Below are positions 28,472 through 38,413 of a stretch of 64,000 bases of DNA, piece by piece. The stretch's first letter is position 1; the number at the start of each line of letters is the position of its first letter. The DNA is taken from positions 8,186 to 72,185 of the forward strand of contig CAZGLR010000003.1 in the NCBI GenBank assembly GCA_964526635.1. The letters are read 5' to 3'. A model generated the notes under the pieces. The model searched no databases. It saw only the letters and a program-made list of their open reading frames with translations, and was not told the origin of the DNA. The translations under genes were made by a program, and so were the position numbers. This DNA is from an uncultured Ignavibacteriales bacterium (GTDB lineage: Bacteria > Zixibacteria > MSB-5A5 > GN15 > JAAZOE01).

Positions 28472-29450
28472 GAGTAACTCCGGCAGCGAGTCTGCCTGCT
28501 GCAACCGATCGCACCTTCATAATCTGCGCCGGAACCGCCGCGATGTCTTTGAGCGCATAGAGAGGCCGCGGGGTCAGATGAAACCGTGACTTCCACGAAA
28601 AATCCCCGCAGAGAAAATCAACGGCATCGTAGCGCTCATCGCAGGCACGCTGCATGTGAAAAAGGTTGATCAATTTGGCCACACCCGGAAAATCCTTATT
28701 GGTGCCGCCCGCCAGCAGAGTATAGACACCGTTGTAGACAGCACCCATATCGACCGCTGCGGGCTGACCGCCAAGATACAAAGTAACTATCTTAAGCCAG
28801 CCATGCTCGGCCAGCAAGGTCATCAGGCTGCGGAAACTCTCGGTGAATCGGGGATCGCCAAAGTATGAATACAGGCCATAGCGATCCTTGTTCAATGAAA
28901 CCATCAAATCGAAATCACGGCAATCATCGAAACGATACTCGACCCCGAGTGCTTCAAGGCTCGCGACTTCACGATGAATTTGCTTCCGCGATTTACCGGA
29001 AAAAACCGCCCAGTAGTTTTCCATGGCATGCCCATAGTGACCCGGAGTGAACAGGTAACCGATTTCATCGACCGCCGAATCCAGGCCGTGCATTTCCGGC
29101 GAGGACGACATATAGCGGAGATGATACGACACACCCGCCGTCTTGAGCTGTTCGAACAGATCAGCCAGGGCATCGGCACTGGTTGCATACAGACGGTTCT
29201 GTTCCAACCAGGTTTTGCCATCCCAGACTTCCCCCGGATAGTAACCATAGATGCCCTGTTCTTCGATCCAGCTCAAGGGGAGGAAAGCGCGAAGAACGCC
29301 TCCCGTCTCGCTGGTGATAAAGTACGGCATCCGTTTATACTGTCTCTGGAAACACACACGGACATCCCAGCGATCAACCAGGTGCTGGTCCGGGATGTAC
29401 GTCTGCCAGAGGTGTCGGCAGTCAACCGGGTCGGTGTAGACGCGCAACAT
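28464..29450 (-). CDS. GNAT-fold acyltransferase (FemAB/CelD-like)
   Basis: 'FSGKSRKQIHRE', 'PGVAKLINLFHMQRAC...VDFLCGDFSWKSRF'. Confidence 0.82.
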   Translation of the reverse strand: MLRVYTDPVDCRHLWQTYIPDQHLVDRWDVRVCFQRQYKRMPYFITSETGGVLRAFLPLSWIEEQGIYGYYPGEVWDGKTWLEQNRLYATSADALADLFEQLKTAGVSYHLRYMSSSPEMHGLDSAVDEIGYLFTPGHYGHAMENYWAVFSGKSRKQIHREVASLEALGVEYRFDDCRDFDLMVSLNKDRYGLYSYFGDPRFTESFRSLMTLLAEHGWLKIVTLYLGGQPAAVDMGAVYNGVYTLLAGGTNKDFPGVAKLINLFHMQRACDERYDAVDFLCGDFSWKSRFHLTPRPLYALKDIAAVPAQIMKVRSVAAGRLAAGVTHG

Positions 29451-29452
29451 CG

Positions 29453-29842
29453 CTAATACCGGAGGTTCGTATTGACAAGGCAACGCGAACCCTTGAAATA
29501 CGTACGGGCAAACTCCTCGACCGCGTCCGGATCATATGGCTTGCAACTGAACACGTCGAGATAGGTCGTATTGGTCAGGTTGGCAAAATGCGCCGAGATC
29601 AGCGATGTTTCGATAAGCTGGACCATCGAGTACCCGGCGACTTTTTCATCTTCACCGAAATGCACCACCTGGCATTCGCCAAAGCGTTTCATTTCGATCA
29701 GGTCGCAGAGCTCGACGACAAACTGTTTGATTTTTTCGGCATCCCGAATAATAACCGGGTCGCAATCGTAAATGTCGAAACTGCAGGCAATACCCCAGAC
29801 GTGCTGGCGAGTGGCCCGCTCGACAATGGTTTCGGTCTTCAT
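29453..29842 (-). CDS. speD: S-adenosylmethionine decarboxylase proenzyme family (pyruvoyl-dependent)
   Basis: 129 aa; 'DIYDCD', 'VVHFGED..GYSMVQLIETSLISAH', 'YLDVFSCK'. Confidence 0.88.
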   Translation of the reverse strand: MKTETIVERATRQHVWGIACSFDIYDCDPVIIRDAEKIKQFVVELCDLIEMKRFGECQVVHFGEDEKVAGYSMVQLIETSLISAHFANLTNTTYLDVFSCKPYDPDAVEEFARTYFKGSRCLVNTNLRY

Positions 29843-29947
29843 AGCAGCCTCTCCATCGTAATGAGAGGTTATCCGGCAGACCCCTGCCGGCGGCCGTGTC
29901 GGAGGTTCAGCATCATCCCTGCCTCCGCCGGTGACAACAGTGTTACA

Positions 29948-30616
29948 TTACCACCGCACCGAAGTATCGTCGTCATGGGGAATGGCTTCCCGGATGAAAC
30001 GGGTCAATCCCCCCACCAATGCCGAGCGCACCGGGTGCAAAATTTTATCTAATTCATCCTCTTCTGCGGCGATGACAGCAAACGAAAAATACCCCGACAC
30101 GAATCCCGCCACCGCACATGAAATCCTCGTTAAAGTTTTTTCGCTTAATTTATGTTTAACGATACCGTCTATCAAAGCCGCTATATGATCAAGGTAATCG
30201 GTAAATGGCTCATTGATATCCTCATACCCCTCGGCCAGCGTCAGATCCGCCTTCCCCTGGAAATAGAGAACAAAATCTTCCCAGCGGGTTCGGAAAAAGT
30301 CAATATGGGCCACAATCAGGCCGTCGAGCATCTCCGGCAATTCGGTAATATTGGCGCAGCGCTGCTCAATAGCCAGGGTCAACTCGGCCAGTGTTTGCTC
30401 CATGAGCAGCCGGACGAGGCCGTTTTTGTTCTTAAAATGATAATAAAAAGTCCCCTTGGCGACATCAGCGTGTTCAGTGATTTCGTCAATGGTCGTTAAA
30501 TCCATGCCCTTTTGGGCAAAAAGCTCCCGGGCGGCATCGACCATCGCCTTTTTGGTGGCGATAGTTTTGAGTTCGCCACGGCTTTTTTCTGGGTTGTCGT
30601 TCAGTTCTGCTATCAC
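29948..30616 (-). CDS. TetR/AcrR family regulator
   Basis: AARELFAQKG...TTIDEITEHADVAKGTFYYHFKNK. Confidence 0.93.
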   Translation of the reverse strand: MIAELNDNPEKSRGELKTIATKKAMVDAARELFAQKGMDLTTIDEITEHADVAKGTFYYHFKNKNGLVRLLMEQTLAELTLAIEQRCANITELPEMLDGLIVAHIDFFRTRWEDFVLYFQGKADLTLAEGYEDINEPFTDYLDHIAALIDGIVKHKLSEKTLTRISCAVAGFVSGYFSFAVIAAEEDELDKILHPVRSALVGGLTRFIREAIPHDDDTSVRW

Positions 30617-30658
30617 TCAAGAGACTCTCTTTCAAGTACTTCCGCGCTTGCCGCAAAC

Positions 30659-30708
30659 TGACTATATGGTCATTACTGACTATTTAGTCATTTTTGACTA
30701 TATCGTCA
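30659..30708. promoter_or_regulatory. Triple tandem palindromic operator (TGACTATWTVGTCA x3, 18-bp period)
   Basis: TGACTATATGGTCA 30659-72, TGACTATTTAGTCA 30677-90 and TGACTATATCGTCA 30695-708, directly upstream of tetR. Confidence 0.8.
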
Positions 30709-31174
30709 TAATTGAACGCAAAATCAAGTAAAAAGTTTCAGTGAAACAAATTTTTTTTAATTTTTTGTCTATCTTGAAATTGCCTTTTTATTAGACTCAG
30801 ATCCTGGCGTCTACACCAAAGATTGCTATTGACAATAAGTTATGCCTTTCACGGCCCGTTTGCGACAAAATCCCCGGATCCTGTCTTTACACACCCCGGG
30901 ACAGATCGCAGTTTCCCCCCACGGTACAAATCTCATTATCGAGATAATCGTTGGCCGGCTTGAACTTAGGAGTCTAACGCTTTTGAACAGGTTACTTGCA
31001 AGTTGTCTTACCGTGAGCCCGAACAATGCCGGTCATTTTATTTAGGAGCTTGCGGTTGAGGTAATATGCAGCGATATTAGAGAGGGGCTCCTCTAATGGC
31101 TGACCTGCTGTATAAAAACGCTTTCCCGCACAAATTCATCATGACTTTTGGGCCTGACTTATTATGTTAGGCTC

Positions 31175-32035
31175 ATGCACTGCCTGTTTGTCAGCGACCT
31201 CCACGGCAGCGAACGGCGCTACCGGAAATTATGGTCCCTCATCGCCGAAACCGCACCCGCTATGCTCTTTATGGGCGGTGACCTGTTGCCGTCGGGCCCG
31301 ATGATGTACCAGAATCTCCGGGCCGGTCTGTTCGACTTTGTAGAAGATATTCTCATCGCGGGATTTGATGATCTTCGGACGCAGATGGGCGAATCATATC
31401 CGGATATCCTGCTTATTCTCGGAAACGATGACGAACGGTATCAAGAAGAGGCGGTAATCGATGGCGAAAAGCGGGGTTTGTGGCATTATGCCCATAATCG
31501 CATGATACCTCTGCATGGTTATGATTTCTATGGTTATGCCTGTGTGCCGCCGTCGCCGTTTCGCCTGAAGGATTGGGAACGCTACGATGTCTCCCGTTTC
31601 GTTGATCCCGGTGCAATCTCGCCGGAAGAGGGGATGTATACCATTGAGATAAGTGATCATGAAAAAAAATATATGACCATGCAGCACGACCTGACGGCAT
31701 TGATCCGCGATAATAATGTCTCAAGAGCGGTATTTCTTTTCCATTCACCGCCCTATCAAACCAAACTCGATCGGGCGGCGCTTGATGGCAAGATGATCGA
31801 TTATGCCCCGCTTGATGTCCATGTCGGTTCAATTGCGATCAAGCGGATGATAGAAAACAGCCAGCCGTATTTGACCCTGCATGGTCATATCCATGAATCG
31901 GCCTTGATCACCGGTTCATGGCGTGATTGTATTGGGGTAACGCAGTGCTTTTCGGCAGCGCATCACGGACCGGAACTGGCCGTGGTCAGTTTCGATCTCG
32001 ATCAGCTTAAGAATGCCGAACGGCATCTGCTATGA
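31175..32035 (+). CDS. Calcineurin-like metallophosphoesterase
   Basis: SDLHG, GGDL, LGNDD, FHSPP, HGHIHE. Confidence 0.9.
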   Translation: MHCLFVSDLHGSERRYRKLWSLIAETAPAMLFMGGDLLPSGPMMYQNLRAGLFDFVEDILIAGFDDLRTQMGESYPDILLILGNDDERYQEEAVIDGEKRGLWHYAHNRMIPLHGYDFYGYACVPPSPFRLKDWERYDVSRFVDPGAISPEEGMYTIEISDHEKKYMTMQHDLTALIRDNNVSRAVFLFHSPPYQTKLDRAALDGKMIDYAPLDVHVGSIAIKRMIENSQPYLTLHGHIHESALITGSWRDCIGVTQCFSAAHHGPELAVVSFDLDQLKNAERHLL

Positions 32036-35000
32036 GTCTGATCCGAGTATCAGTTCGCGGGCCGGATCGGTTACCGCACCGATCTTGACGGCATAGCTGG
32101 TTTTCTTCTCAATGTCCTCGTCGGTAATAATGTGCACATCGAGCAGTTCATCGAGCCGGTAGCCGGTTCGCTGATAGTTAATCTCAGCCAGGCACTGGCT
32201 CCATCCCTTCAGCCAGAGATCGAGTTCGCAGCGCTGCTTTTCGTCGCCACGGAAATGGATCAGCAGATCGATATCGGACCCCGGACCGGCCAGCGCATTC
32301 TTGGTGCTGCCGAACAAATACATTTTATGTATGCCGTACTGTTTCGGCTTCACTTCAGCGGCCAGTCGCTGAACCATGGCATAGCGCCATCGCCAGAAAT
32401 CATCGGATTCGACCGGCAGTTCGGCCTGTTTCGGCGTATGCCATGACAAACCTGTGCCGGGCTCATCGAGCACGGCGAGGGCTTCATCGAGTTCGGCGTT
32501 CATGAGAAGATTGAGGATATTGCCACCGGTGTACTCCGGAATATCGATCAGCTTGACGACATCGGCATACCGCTCGGCTTCGGGCAGAAGCTTGGGCATA
32601 ATGTTGGGGGCAAGGCGGAAGAAGGCTTCATTGAAGATAGTCTTGTCCTCATCGGGATACAATGGAATATAGCGGATGCCCGACTCGACCAGGTCCTGGA
32701 AGAAATGTGTTCCGAAAGATAAATCGGGCACATAATTGCCCTTGGTCCGGGCGACTTCAATAAGGGCTGCACAATTATTGATATCGGAATACGTGACGCT
32801 GACACCGAGCTTGATATCGCCGCGACTGCCCCAGCGACCGGGACCGATAAGAATAAATTGCCGTTTGGGCAACAGTTCATTCAGACGGCTGACGATGCGA
32901 CCGACAGCCAGCAGGTCTTTCCGTTCCGACAGGTTGGTATAGTTTTCCGGATCGACATACACAATATGCGAGAGGTTGCCCAGGTAGCCATTGGAAATGT
33001 ACTTATTGGCCGAGAACAGAATCTTATGCGGGGCGACGTCCTTGGGGATCGGTGCCGGCTGAATCTCAGGCGAATAACTCTGGGTACGGCACTGCAACAA
33101 GTAGAAGTGTTTGCCATCATGGGCGAATTCAATATCCACCGGGTGATTATGCGCATCCTCGAGAATTCTCAAGATGGCGTTGGTTTGCTGCACAAACTGT
33201 GTGTCCTGAATCAGGCTGTCGAAGGTAACGATAGCGTCTTCAGGACTAAGATCGAGATTCAAGCCGGTTTGCTTTTGAATATGATTGTCCTTGTAAACTG
33301 ATATAATGCGATTGAGTCCCGGAATTGAGGTGCCCACTTCTTTGAGAAAATCAGTGAAATTAATAGTCTCGAAAGCGTTGGTTTCCATGTTAATGACATC
33401 GATCATATGCGGCGAATAGCGAGCGATTTCTTCCGGTTCAATATTTACTCGAAGATGCGGCTGGCCTGGTGAAATCAGCACCGGGTAATCGTCGCTCAAA
33501 CGGTCGACTGCGCGCGTTCCCAGTCCCGGGACCAGCCGCAGGAGACCATCTTCGCGTTTAATGCGCGGCGACCAGCGGTACTCATTGCGACTGAACGCCA
33601 CCCCGGCAAAGGCTGGTAGAAAATACTTGCCGATACGCTGGCCGACAACCTCCTGAATAATTATGCCCATTTCTTCCCCGAAATCGAGCAGGCCGCGTTC
33701 GGCCCGATATTCGATTGGATCAGGGCTGAAGGTTGATGCATAAACTTCGGCAACAGCATCGGTCAATGCTTTGAGTCGTTTGCGCTTGGAACCCTGGTTG
33801 GCCAGAAAGAGGCTCTTGTACTTGCCAGAAAACGCCGCCCCGGTGCGATCTTCCAGAAGTGATGATGACCGGACAATCAATGGCGTATCGCCGAAATCAT
33901 CAAGAGCCATCGACAATCCCTGCGCGATATCCGGTGGAAATGGTGCCTTCTTAAAGGTTTCGACGATATAGGGATATTCCAGCCGGACTTGATGAATATC
34001 TTTGTATTTCTGCTCGACGACTTCCTCGAAATTATTGAAGCGCATGAAATGCAGCAGGACATCGGAGGTGATATGCCATGATTTGGGGATACGGACATTT
34101 TTTAATATGTCCATGTCCTTCTTCTTATTTTTAATCACTTGCGAAGCCAGATACAGGCCGGCGCTTTTGCCGCCGATTCGGCCATGACTTTCGGCGCTGA
34201 AAACTACCCGTCTAAAGAGATGGTAAAAATCACGAATCTCAATCTGGTTTTTAATGATGTTGATATAGCCGAGCTGATCCGAGAGAATCCGCCGTATCAG
34301 GGAAACGAGAATACCTTTTTCATTGGGCGAAGAACCGCCCATTTCAGTGAGATGATAATATCTACGGATAGCATCGGTCACATCAGCCAGGTTTAAATTA
34401 CGGTTTACCACCTGAACAAGAAATGACAGTTTATCTTCCTGAATCCATTTTTTGACCAGAGCCAGGATTTCCGCATGATCCAGAGCCTCGGCGGCCTTCT
34501 GGAAAATGACAGAGCCCAGTCCCCGTGGCGCTTTGGCATGATTGTTCTTGAGTGGCTGATTCCAGGTATCAGGTTGATCGCTGGCCGGATGAGCATCATG
34601 CGATGAATAAGACAGAAGCAATTCTTCAGCGCCGGGGACACCCTGCCAGCAGAGGTAGTTCAGCATTTTGCGCGTAATTGCGGCATACAGCTTGGCATCG
34701 GTTTGCTTAAGCATACGGATAACGATCTGCCACTCATGGCTCTCGTCGTCGCCATTGGTGCGTTTGGTTTCCCAGTCCTGGATAATACCACGCATTTTCT
34801 GGTGGGCGACAAATTGTCCAAGCCGTTCGGCAATAGTACGAATCAGCCGGGCTTCTTCCTTCAAAAACGGGCCATCATCGGCGACCGGCACATCCTCGAG
34901 ATAATACACCGAGACTTTCCCGATCGTGATCTTATTGGCGATAATATCGGTCTGCTGACACCATTTGGTTTCAATGAGATCATCATGACGATATACCGAG

Positions 35001-35197
35001 TCCTCGATCTCGATCTTGGCCCGGCAGATGTCGGGATATTGCCACCCCGGCGGAATCGCCTCGATAATCTCGGGATATATTTCGTCGACCGGTCGGTTGA
35101 AATCGCTGAGGATTTCTTCGACGCGATATATGCAGTTGAGCTCTTTGGCCCGCTCCTGCAATGACAGCAGCAGGATGTCCATGGGGTCTTTACTCAT
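32030..35197 (-). CDS. PEP/pyruvate-binding (PPDK_N, ATP-grasp) domain protein with C-terminal Pol-beta-type nucleotidyltransferase
   Basis: IGGKSAGL, VRSSSLLED..AFSGKY, VPGLG, DIEFA...LLQCR; C-terminal 'YLFGSTKN..AGPGSDIDLLIH'. Confidence 0.88.
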   Translation of the reverse strand: MSKDPMDILLLSLQERAKELNCIYRVEEILSDFNRPVDEIYPEIIEAIPPGWQYPDICRAKIEIEDSVYRHDDLIETKWCQQTDIIANKITIGKVSVYYLEDVPVADDGPFLKEEARLIRTIAERLGQFVAHQKMRGIIQDWETKRTNGDDESHEWQIVIRMLKQTDAKLYAAITRKMLNYLCWQGVPGAEELLLSYSSHDAHPASDQPDTWNQPLKNNHAKAPRGLGSVIFQKAAEALDHAEILALVKKWIQEDKLSFLVQVVNRNLNLADVTDAIRRYYHLTEMGGSSPNEKGILVSLIRRILSDQLGYINIIKNQIEIRDFYHLFRRVVFSAESHGRIGGKSAGLYLASQVIKNKKKDMDILKNVRIPKSWHITSDVLLHFMRFNNFEEVVEQKYKDIHQVRLEYPYIVETFKKAPFPPDIAQGLSMALDDFGDTPLIVRSSSLLEDRTGAAFSGKYKSLFLANQGSKRKRLKALTDAVAEVYASTFSPDPIEYRAERGLLDFGEEMGIIIQEVVGQRIGKYFLPAFAGVAFSRNEYRWSPRIKREDGLLRLVPGLGTRAVDRLSDDYPVLISPGQPHLRVNIEPEEIARYSPHMIDVINMETNAFETINFTDFLKEVGTSIPGLNRIISVYKDNHIQKQTGLNLDLSPEDAIVTFDSLIQDTQFVQQTNAILRILEDAHNHPVDIEFAHDGKHFYLLQCRTQSYSPEIQPAPIPKDVAPHKILFSANKYISNGYLGNLSHIVYVDPENYTNLSERKDLLAVGRIVSRLNELLPKRQFILIGPGRWGSRGDIKLGVSVTYSDINNCAALIEVARTKGNYVPDLSFGTHFFQDLVESGIRYIPLYPDEDKTIFNEAFFRLAPNIMPKLLPEAERYADVVKLIDIPEYTGGNILNLLMNAELDEALAVLDEPGTGLSWHTPKQAELPVESDDFWRWRYAMVQRLAAEVKPKQYGIHKMYLFGSTKNALAGPGSDIDLLIHFRGDEKQRCELDLWLKGWSQCLAEINYQRTGYRLDELLDVHIITDEDIEKKTSYAVKIGAVTDPARELILGSDS

Positions 35198-36935
35198 GAA
35201 GAATTACTCCCCGACTGATGCGACCATCGACTTTGATGGTAAGCGGATTTTCAACACGGACATGATGCACAAATTGACTGGACTGAACAACCGGTTGCGC
35301 GCGAAGCCAGTCCCAGTCGATTTTCTCGCGATTGAAATTCACCTGGAAATACGGTATCCGAAAACTGGTCATGTTGTGGAAGAAATGTGTTCCCTGACTG
35401 AGCTCGACATTCATATTCGGCAAAGTCGCCTCAATAATTGCCCGGGCACCGGAAATCTGGCTCCATTCCACCGGAATACCAAGCCAGGGTTCCGATGATC
35501 CCCAACGACCGAAACCGATCAGCAGATACGGTCGGTTCTCTTCGACCAGTGTTCTATTCAGTGTCGATATTTCAGCGGCAATCGCAGGCGTGTTGGCCGC
35601 CGCGAACGAATCAGGGTCGACAAAGACAATGTCCGTGATATTATCAACTACGCCGTTTCCAAGTGCGCGGGTGGAAGTCGCCAGGGTCCGGCCGGAGGTG
35701 ATATCCTCGTCGGTAATATCGGTTTGTTCCCGGCTGACCACCATCGGCCGCACCTGAAGCAGCGCAAATGAAAACTTCCCCGATGACGAAATCGTCGCGG
35801 CAAATTCGATTTCAACGTCGAGATGATACTGCGTTTCACAATGAATGAGCAGCGAACTGAGCAGCTCGGTAAGCTGGAAACGGTGATCCTTGAGTATCGG
35901 AGCAAAATTTATAATACGCGGACCGGGCCGTCCGACGCCCGAAACCACGCGGTCATTTTCGGGCAGAAAGGTTGATGCGATGTAATCAAGCGCGCCATCG
36001 TATTCAGCCTCACGCAGATCATACTGAACCAGGTATTCGGCTTCATTAAAAGGATCGTATTCAGGAGACGGTCCCATGTTGACAGCCCACCCCCGGGTTT
36101 GCGTCAGATCGAGCTGATCGCGGATCGATCCGAACGGCGGTGTGACCGATGGAAACGCCGGCGAAAAACTCCAGGAGATACCGCCGTCAACAATCGTCTT
36201 GCCCAAACCGGAGGCCAGATTGACAATACCGTGCTCCGGCTTGGCGCTGCCCATCGGGTAAAAATTATAGGATCTGGCCACGCCGGAGATGTCGGGATAG
36301 AAACGGTCGATATGACGCCGTCCGACAACCTCCTGAATAATAACCGCCATTTTCTCAACACGGGTATCCTTGCCGACCGCCCGATGATAATTACGGGCAT
36401 TCCCAAACCAGGTCGAGGCATAGACGAATTTTATCGCCTCGACCAGTTTACGGAAACGGGTATCGACATCCGGTTGATTATTGGGGATCATCTTGGTGCT
36501 GTACACGCCGGCAAACGGTTCAAAGAGATCATCTTCAAGCAGCGACGACGACCGGATCGCCAGCGGGGTGGTGATTTCTGATATCAGGGCACGGATATCA
36601 CCGACGATTTCAACCGGCAGATCGGCGCTCATGAAACGACCAATAATTTCTTTATCCGACGCCTCGGGATCATTCAGGAGATCATCAAGTTGATTGCGTT
36701 CGATGAATTGTTCGAAAATATCGGTGGCGATAACGACCATCTTGGGAATAGACAGATCTATGGCATCATACGTGCCGCCCGGATACTTGGCGTGCAGGAT
36801 ATCATGTATCGTAACCAGCCCGGTGGCCTTGCCGCCAATGCCGCCCTCCCCGATTTTGCTGATTATACTGCGTGAGCGGTAGAAGTCCCGGGTAAACCGT
36901 TCCACAGCATGATGTGTATTTTTTATTTCCGGCAT
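35190..36935 (-). CDS. PEP/pyruvate-binding (PPDK_N) domain protein
   Basis: IGGKATGL, IRSSSLLED..PFAGVY, SGLG, EIEFA...LLQVRP, GFGRWGS, LSQGTHFF. Start MPEIK follows RBS GAAGGA. Confidence 0.88.
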   Translation of the reverse strand: MPEIKNTHHAVERFTRDFYRSRSIISKIGEGGIGGKATGLVTIHDILHAKYPGGTYDAIDLSIPKMVVIATDIFEQFIERNQLDDLLNDPEASDKEIIGRFMSADLPVEIVGDIRALISEITTPLAIRSSSLLEDDLFEPFAGVYSTKMIPNNQPDVDTRFRKLVEAIKFVYASTWFGNARNYHRAVGKDTRVEKMAVIIQEVVGRRHIDRFYPDISGVARSYNFYPMGSAKPEHGIVNLASGLGKTIVDGGISWSFSPAFPSVTPPFGSIRDQLDLTQTRGWAVNMGPSPEYDPFNEAEYLVQYDLREAEYDGALDYIASTFLPENDRVVSGVGRPGPRIINFAPILKDHRFQLTELLSSLLIHCETQYHLDVEIEFAATISSSGKFSFALLQVRPMVVSREQTDITDEDITSGRTLATSTRALGNGVVDNITDIVFVDPDSFAAANTPAIAAEISTLNRTLVEENRPYLLIGFGRWGSSEPWLGIPVEWSQISGARAIIEATLPNMNVELSQGTHFFHNMTSFRIPYFQVNFNREKIDWDWLRAQPVVQSSQFVHHVRVENPLTIKVDGRISRGVILHE

Positions 36936-36990
36936 TTCTGTATTCCTTCCTTCAGATATCCCCGGAAACGGGGATATCTGAATATGCAAT

Positions 36991-38292
36991 CTAGACCCAG
37001 CCGCGATCCCGGCAGGCACGGGCAACGCGGTCGATAGCAATCATGTAGGCGGCGTCGCGCATATTGACACTATGTTGCGTGGCAATTTTATGTACCGCCT
37101 GAAATGCCGCTGTCATCTTCAGGTCGAGTTTGCCCAGGACTTCATCTTTGGCCCAGTAGTAATTCATATTGCTCTGGACCTGTTCGAAATAACTGCAGGT
37201 CACCCCGCCGGCATTGGCCAGAAAATCGGGCAGCAGGAAGACTTTTCGTTCAACCAGGATTTCGTCGGCTTCAGGAGTAGTGGGGCCGTTGGCGCCCTCG
37301 GCAATCAACCTGACTTTACTATTGATACGGGGAGCGGTTTCGGCAGTGATTTGATTTTCGAGCGCGGCCGGAAGTAAAATATCCACCGGCTGTTCGATCC
37401 AGGCTTCGCCGGGAAGAATTTCATACCCAAGCGCCTCGGCCCGGGCTTTATCAATACCGCCGAATCGGTCGGTGATATCCTGTAATTCAACCAGTGAGAT
37501 ACCATCGGATTTGCGGAAAGAATACGCTGTCTGATCCGCCTGATCCCAGCACGAGACACAGACAACTGTCCCGCCCATCTGCTCGAAAAGCTGAATAGCA
37601 TACTGCGAGACATTGCCAAAGCCCTGCACCGATGCCGTCGTGCGATCAGGACGCAATCCGAGTACCCGAAGAGCCTCACGCACAAGGTAGATAACACCAT
37701 AGCCGGTGGCTTCGGTGCGACCCAGTGAACCACCCATACCGACCGGTTTACCGGTAATAAAACCCGGATTATGGCTACCAATGATAGTCTCGTATTCATC
37801 CAGCATCCACAACATATGCTGCGCATTGGTCATGACATCGGGGGCTGGAATATCTGAAAGCGGACCGACATTACGAGCCAGTTGACGAACCCAGCCACGG
37901 CATAATTGCTCCTGCTCGCGATCACTCAGATTGTGCGGATCACACACAACACCACCCTTGCCGCCACCGAGCGGGATATCGACCACAGCGCATTTCCAGG
38001 TCATCCACATGGACAACGCCCTGACCGTATCGATTGTTTCCAGCGGATGAAAACGGATCCCGCCTTTCGACGGCCCCCGGGCATCGTTGTGCTGAACACG
38101 GAAACCACGAAAGATTTTTACAGAACCATCTTCCATACGGACCGGAATATTAAACTGATACTCGCGCATCGGATTGCGAAGGAGATCGCAGGTTGCCTGA
38201 TTGAGGCCGAGTTTTTCCGCGACATTGTCGAATTGACGCTGAGCCGTTAGGAATGCATTATAGGATTCCTGCTTTATGGCTGAGATTGACAT
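36991..38292 (-). CDS. gdhA: Glu/Leu/Phe/Val dehydrogenase (glutamate dehydrogenase)
   Basis: RGPSKGGIRFHP, GGGKGG, DIPAPD, GRTEATGYG, QGFGNV, EGANGP, LANAGGV. Confidence 0.93.
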   Translation of the reverse strand: MSISAIKQESYNAFLTAQRQFDNVAEKLGLNQATCDLLRNPMREYQFNIPVRMEDGSVKIFRGFRVQHNDARGPSKGGIRFHPLETIDTVRALSMWMTWKCAVVDIPLGGGKGGVVCDPHNLSDREQEQLCRGWVRQLARNVGPLSDIPAPDVMTNAQHMLWMLDEYETIIGSHNPGFITGKPVGMGGSLGRTEATGYGVIYLVREALRVLGLRPDRTTASVQGFGNVSQYAIQLFEQMGGTVVCVSCWDQADQTAYSFRKSDGISLVELQDITDRFGGIDKARAEALGYEILPGEAWIEQPVDILLPAALENQITAETAPRINSKVRLIAEGANGPTTPEADEILVERKVFLLPDFLANAGGVTCSYFEQVQSNMNYYWAKDEVLGKLDLKMTAAFQAVHKIATQHSVNMRDAAYMIAIDRVARACRDRGWV

Positions 38293-38361
38293 TGGTCTAC
38301 CCTTTCATTGACACGCTAAACCCAGTGCCGTTCGGTCACGCAGATCGACAGCTCGCCACCT

Positions 38362-38379
38362 TTGTGACAATTTTCACAA
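38362..38379. promoter_or_regulatory. Palindromic TTGTGA-N6-TCACAA site (Rex- or CRP-like box) upstream of gdh
   Basis: TTGTGACAATTTTCACAA matches both the Rex and CRP-family consensus patterns. Confidence 0.6.
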
Positions 38380-38397
38380 TTTATCAGTCGATGTCAT

Positions 38398-38413
38398 AGT
38401 AAAAACCATGCCG
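38398..38413 (-). promoter_or_regulatory. Possible sigma-54 -24/-12 promoter for gdh (imperfect -12)
   Basis: Minus strand CGGCATGGTTTTTACT: GG-N10-AC instead of GG-N10-GC. A divergent bEBP gene is adjacent. Confidence 0.45.

Noticed and set aside
30659..30708. Mini-CRISPR or iteron array
   Set aside because: Spacers are only 4 bp and the units are palindromic next to a TetR gene; an operator is the simpler explanation.
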